This document shows, in pieces, positions 15,468 to 20,000 of a stretch of 20,000 nt of DNA (positions are counted from its first letter, which is position 1; each line of letters begins with the position of its first letter). The notes beneath the pieces were generated by a model, which worked only from the letters and a program-made list of their open reading frames with translations, was not told where the DNA came from and made no database searches. The translations under genes and the position numbers were made by a program. The stretch lies in the IMG/VR virus record IMGVR_UViG_3300025099_000013; one strand, given 5' to 3'. This DNA comes from an uncultured virus (IMG/VR IMGVR_UViG_3300025099_000013) (Duplodnaviria > Heunggongvirae > Uroviricota > Caudoviricetes).

Positions 15468-18400
15468 ATGACAGCAACAAGCAACAAAAACTTAATTTCA
15501 GATACACAAAGCAATAGACTTTCTGTAACACCTGCAACAGAGCAGTTAATAAAAGATACAACATCAAACGCTTTATTCGTTGGTGATGGAACAACAGTAG
15601 GTGGAAGAGCAGTTGATTCTAGACCTTTCAAAAGCCTAAGTAATAACTATACTCTTACAAGAGAAGAAGAAGGTAAAGTCCTTCACATGAACAGCAGCAC
15701 TGCTCGCACTATTACAATTCCCCCTAACTCAGCAGTTTCTTTTCCTACTAATCTAACAAGAATACCATTTATAAATCTAGGCACAGCCGCATTGACATTC
15801 ACAGCCGGAACAGGAGTTACAATAAACCCATCTTCTCATTCAGTGGGGCAGTACGAAGGTGGAGAACTGGTAAAAACAGATACAGATGTATGGCTTGTCT
15901 TACTAGCAAGAGCAGGTGCAGACGGACCAACAGGAGCAGCGGGCGCAACAGGACCAACTGGACCTGCTGGAGCGACAGGTGCTCAAGGTAATGCCGGACC
16001 AACAGGACCGCAAGGTGCGGCTGGCTCAACAGGACCAACTGGACCCTCTGGCTCAGACGGTTCGGATGGAGCAGCAGGTCCTCCCGGACCACAGGGAACT
16101 CAAGGAGTTGCAGGACCATCGGGACCAGCGGGAGCGGCAGGTAATGATGGGGCTACTGGTCCAACAGGACCTACGGGACCTGCGGGTGCTACTGGAGCTC
16201 AAGGTCCTACTGGAGATGATGGACCTACTGGTCCAACCGGACCTGCTGGAGCACAAGGACCTACTGGTCCAAATGGAGCAACAGGAAATACAGGTGCAAC
16301 AGGACCAAGCGGACCTACTGGTCCTGCGGGAGCAGACGGGAATGACGGAAGTACGGGACCAACGGGTCCTACTGGTCCTCAAGGAGCAACTGGACCACAG
16401 GGGGTAACAGGAGCGGCTGGACCTACTGGTGCTACGGGTCCAACAGGTAATTTTGGTGGGGCTACATTTAAGTATGAAGTTTTATTAGGTAATACAGCAG
16501 ATTCCGACCCCGGAGCAGGAAAGTTTAAGTTTAATGATTCAACACAAAATACAGCAACACATCTCTATATTGACGATTCGGATAAAGACTCAACTGATAT
16601 TCAATCATTCCTTCGTACTATTGACGATTCCACATCAGCAGTAAAAGGTCATATTAAAATAAGCGATTGGGATGATACAGCAGATTTTATTCTATATCAG
16701 ATAAGTGCTCTTGCTGAGGATAATGGTTGGTTTGATATAACAGTAAGCCCTATTGATTCATCAGCAAGTAATCCCTTCACAACAGGGGAAGAAGTTGCAT
16801 TAACATTCACAAGAACAGGAGATAAAGGAGAGGCTGGTCCTCCAGGTCCTACTGGTCCAACAGGAAGTCAAGGACCTACTGGTTCGACAGGACCGCAGGG
16901 TATCGCTGGACCAAGCGGACCTACTGGTGCGGCAGGTCCTACTGGACCAGATGGTGCAACAGGACCAACGGGTCCTACTGGACCACAAGGTATTCAAGGA
17001 GCGACAGGTGCAACCGGAGCAGCAGGACCAACGGGTACACAAGGTCCGTCAGGACCAAGTGGCTCAACAGGACCTACTGGTCCCGCAGGTCCAACCGGAG
17101 CAAAAGGTATAGAGTTTGAAGGTAATTGGGCTTCGGGCGTATCTTACCAAATAGATGATTTTATCCATTACACAACTAACGGTCAATCTTACATCTGCAT
17201 ACAGGCTCATACTTCATCGGGTTCAATTATCCCTACTAGTAGTAGTTATTGGAATATTATAGCACAGGCAGGGTCAGATGGTTCTACTGGTCCGACCGGA
17301 CCTACTGGTCCAACAGGAGCAGCAGGTAGTAATGGTTCAGATGGGTCAGACGGAGCAACCGGACCTAGTGGACCTACTGGTCCGACCGGACCAACAGGAC
17401 CTGCCGGAAGTAATGGCTCAGACGGAGCAACTGGTCCTCAAGGAACAACCGGACCATCTGGTCCGACAGGACCAAGTGGTCCCACAGGGGCAGCAGGTCC
17501 AACTGGACCGCAAGGTGCAGAAGGTATGAATTGGAGAGACGCTTGGGGAAGTGGTACTTCTTATGCTGTGGATGATACCGTATTTTATTCCGGCACTTCA
17601 TATATCTGTAATCAAGCACACACTTCATCGGGCTCAATATTACCAACCAATACTTCTTATTGGGATGTGGTAGCATCTAAGGGTGATACTGGTCCTACTG
17701 GAGCAACAGGTCCCACAGGACCTACTGGTGCTACGGGTTCGCAAGGTACAACTGGACCTACTGGTCCTGCCGGACCTACGGGACCAGCCGGTCCTGACGG
17801 ACCAACGGGTAGTTCCGGTTCACAAGGAAACACAGGACCATCAGGTCCTCCCGGTCCTTCCGGACCCGCAGGTGCAGACGGGTCAGACGGTGCAGCAGGA
17901 CCTACCGGTCCAACTGGACCTAGTGGACCTACTGGCTCAACAGGACCTACTGGTCCTGCGGGAGCAGAAGGCTCTTTTGGTGGTGCTTCATTCCAATACG
18001 ATTACAGTAACACAACAACAATGTCCGACCCCGGAGCAGGGGTTGTTAGGTTAAATAACGCAACGCAAAGCAGCGCAACCGAAATGGCAATTGATGATAA
18101 AGACATTAACAGTGAAGATATATCCTCTTTCCTTCAAACTATTGATGATTCCACTTCCACTATTAAAGGCCATGTGAAACTTACTAAGAAAGCAGACCAT
18201 GGAGAATTTTTGATATTCACGATTTCATCTATGGTCGATAACTCCGGATGGATGAAACTATCCGTTGCCTGTGTGGGCTCATCAACTGCAACACCCCTAA
18301 CTGTGGCTGATGATATAATAGTGACCTTTGCTAGAACAGGTGATAGGGGAGATACAGGACCTACTGGCGCAACGGGACCTGCGGGTCCTACTGGGGTAGC

Positions 18401-20000
18401 GGGTCCTACTGGACCTACCGGACCTACTGGTCCAGCAGGAGCAGATTCAACAGTAGCCGGACCTACTGGTCCAACAGGAGCAGACGGACCACAAGGGGCA
18501 ACAGGTTCTACTGGTCCAACAGGTCCAACCGGAGCGGCTGGTCCAACAGGACCTAGCGGTCCATCAGGAGCAGATGGTAATGACGGAGCAGCCGGACCTA
18601 CGGGACCCACAGGTCCTACGGGACCTACCGGACCAAGCGGTCCAGCGGGTAGTGATGGAGCAGATGGTTCAACAGGAGCAGCCGGACCTACTGGGGGTAC
18701 AGGACCGCAAGGGACAGCCGCAGGTTTCGGTACACCTACCGTAGCAAGCGGACCTTTAGCAATAGCATCTAGTGGTCCCGACACCGCAAAAGTTTTTGCC
18801 TTCACTCTTCCTCCCGGAGCAACTGGACCTACTGGTCCTCAAGGAGCAACTGGCTCAACCGGACCTACTGGTCCAACCGGAGGTGATGGTGATACAGGTC
18901 CAACCGGAAGTGCTGGACCTACTGGTCCCACAGGACCAAGCGGACCTACTGGACCTAGCGGTCCTACAGGAGCAACTGGCTCAGCAGGGTCTGACGGTTC
19001 AGATGGAGCAACAGGTCCTACTGGTCCGGCGGCAGGTTTTGGGACCCCAACAGTAAGTACGGGGTCAGCCGGAAGTAATGCTTCAATATCTTCTAGCGGT
19101 CCAAACACAGCCAAAGTCTTTGCTTTTACAATCCCAAGAGGAAATACCGGAGCAACAGGACCACAGGGAGCAACTGGACCTACTGGTCCATCCGGTAGTG
19201 ATGGTTCAGATGGAGCAACAGGTCCTCAAGGAACTCAAGGTCCTGCGGGACCAACTGGACCTACGGGTCCTACCGGTCCAACTGGACCAGCGGGTAGTAC
19301 CGGACCGGAAGGTTTAGTTTGGGAAGGTAATTGGGCTACATCAACAGCATATGCGGTCGATGATGCAGTTTATTATACCACTAACGAATCATCATATATT
19401 TGCGTACAGGCTCACACATCTTCTGGTTCTATCTTACCAACAAACACTTCTTATTGGAGCCTTCTAGCATCTGCTGGAGATACAGGACCTACTGGTGCTA
19501 CGGGTCCAACCGGACCACAAGGAGTCAAAGGAGATACTGGAGATACCGGACCCACAGGACCTACCGGTCCAACTGGTCCCACCGGACCTACGGGAAATAA
19601 CGGAAATGACGGTTCTGATGGTAGCGACGGTTCTGATGGTTCAGATGGTGCGGCAGGAGCGGCTGCGGGATTCGGTACGCCAACAGCCTCAACAGGACCG
19701 ATAGGTATTACTTCTAGTGGACCTAATACTGCTAAGGTATTTGCGTTTAGTATTCCACAAGGAGCAACAGGAGCGACTGGTCCTACTGGCGCAACTGGAC
19801 CTACTGGTCCTACTGGACCTACTGGTCCCACAGGTCCTACTGGACCGGCAGGAAATGACGGGTCAGATGGTAGTGACGGTTCTGCGGGAGCAGCAGCCGG
19901 ATTTGGGACACCTACTGTTTCAACAGGCTCGGCAGGTTCAAACGCATCTATATCTTCATCAGGTCCAAATACTGCTAAAATCTTTAATTTCACAATCCCC
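15468..20000 (+). CDS. Collagen-like fibre protein 2 (>1511 aa, runs off the window), mosaic of collagen and repeated globular domains
   Basis: Absent from the track because there is no stop in the window. Frame checked at several points. N-terminus [19 protein letters not shown] resembles Mtd_N-like fibre anchors, and it carries three CBM5/12-like modules. Confidence 0.88.
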   Translation, partial: MTATSNKNLISDTQSNRLSVTPATEQLIKDTTSNALFVGDGTTVGGRAVDSRPFKSLSNNYTLTREEEGKVLHMNSSTARTITIPPNSAVSFPTNLTRIPFINLGTAALTFTAGTGVTINPSSHSVGQYEGGELVKTDTDVWLVLLARAGADGPTGAAGATGPTGPAGATGAQGNAGPTGPQGAAGSTGPTGPSGSDGSDGAAGPPGPQGTQGVAGPSGPAGAAGNDGATGPTGPTGPAGATGAQGPTGDDGPTGPTGPAGAQGPTGPNGATGNTGATGPSGPTGPAGADGNDGSTGPTGPTGPQGATGPQGVTGAAGPTGATGPTGNFGGATFKYEVLLGNTADSDPGAGKFKFNDSTQNTATHLYIDDSDKDSTDIQSFLRTIDDSTSAVKGHIKISDWDDTADFILYQISALAEDNGWFDITVSPIDSSASNPFTTGEEVALTFTRTGDKGEAGPPGPTGPTGSQGPTGSTGPQGIAGPSGPTGAAGPTGPDGATGPTGPTGPQGIQGATGATGAAGPTGTQGPSGPSGSTGPTGPAGPTGAKGIEFEGNWASGVSYQIDDFIHYTTNGQSYICIQAHTSSGSIIPTSSSYWNIIAQAGSDGSTGPTGPTGPTGAAGSNGSDGSDGATGPSGPTGPTGPTGPAGSNGSDGATGPQGTTGPSGPTGPSGPTGAAGPTGPQGAEGMNWRDAWGSGTSYAVDDTVFYSGTSYICNQAHTSSGSILPTNTSYWDVVASKGDTGPTGATGPTGPTGATGSQGTTGPTGPAGPTGPAGPDGPTGSSGSQGNTGPSGPPGPSGPAGADGSDGAAGPTGPTGPSGPTGSTGPTGPAGAEGSFGGASFQYDYSNTTTMSDPGAGVVRLNNATQSSATEMAIDDKDINSEDISSFLQTIDDSTSTIKGHVKLTKKADHGEFLIFTISSMVDNSGWMKLSVACVGSSTATPLTVADDIIVTFARTGDRGDTGPTGATGPAGPTGVAGPTGPTGPTGPAGADSTVAGPTGPTGADGPQGATGSTGPTGPTGAAGPTGPSGPSGADGNDGAAGPTGPTGPTGPTGPSGPAGSDGADGSTGAAGPTGGTGPQGTAAGFGTPTVASGPLAIASSGPDTAKVFAFTLPPGATGPTGPQGATGSTGPTGPTGGDGDTGPTGSAGPTGPTGPSGPTGPSGPTGATGSAGSDGSDGATGPTGPAAGFGTPTVSTGSAGSNASISSSGPNTAKVFAFTIPRGNTGATGPQGATGPTGPSGSDGSDGATGPQGTQGPAGPTGPTGPTGPTGPAGSTGPEGLVWEGNWATSTAYAVDDAVYYTTNESSYICVQAHTSSGSILPTNTSYWSLLASAGDTGPTGATGPTGPQGVKGDTGDTGPTGPTGPTGPTGPTGNNGNDGSDGSDGSDGSDGAAGAAAGFGTPTASTGPIGITSSGPNTAKVFAFSIPQGATGATGPTGATGPTGPTGPTGPTGPTGPAGNDGSDGSDGSAGAAAGFGTPTVSTGSAGSNASISSSGPNTAKIFNFTIP

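Noticed and set aside
13856..19993. Many antisense and alternate-frame ORFs in the collagen regions (e.g. 14507..15157 -, 18134..18805 -, 19451..19993 -, 13912..14358 +)
   Set aside because: GGN-CCN-ACN repeats read as Gly-Pro-Val on the opposite strand and seldom give stops in shifted frames, so these are shadows of the real genes.
15468..20000. Diversity-generating retroelement target, suggested by the Mtd_N-like start and repeated modules
   Set aside because: The repeats differ at all base types rather than only at adenines, and no reverse transcriptase is in the window.

Overview
This window is a 20-kb segment of a head-tail (HK97-fold, Caudoviricetes-type) virus genome. The host is very probably archaeal, given TTTATATA/TTTTAACA boxes about 30 nt upstream of starts, apparently leaderless starts and GAGGTGA/GGTGA Shine-Dalgarno motifs. 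A Marine Group II 'magrovirus'-like lineage is my unverified guess. Bases 1-4400 are an accessory region of small, often Cys-rich ORFs with unusually organised intergenic DNA: three copies of a conserved promoter cassette, five same-strand copies of a 45-bp tripartite motif (GGGGCGGG-N13-GACCTTTGT-N11-GAGC), and several candidate structured RNAs. Bases 4400-7550 (minus strand) encode a calcineurin-like phosphoesterase, a 41-aa Zn-ribbon protein and terminase large subunit. Bases 7600-20000 (plus strand) encode portal, a 16-aa Lys-rich peptide, prohead protease with a nested scaffold, a decoration protein, major capsid protein, head-completion proteins and two very long collagen-like fibre proteins. 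The second fibre protein (15468 to beyond 20000) is missing from the ORF track and is a mosaic of repeated globular domains, including CBM5/12-like modules. All calls come from reading motifs by eye; no database searches were run.
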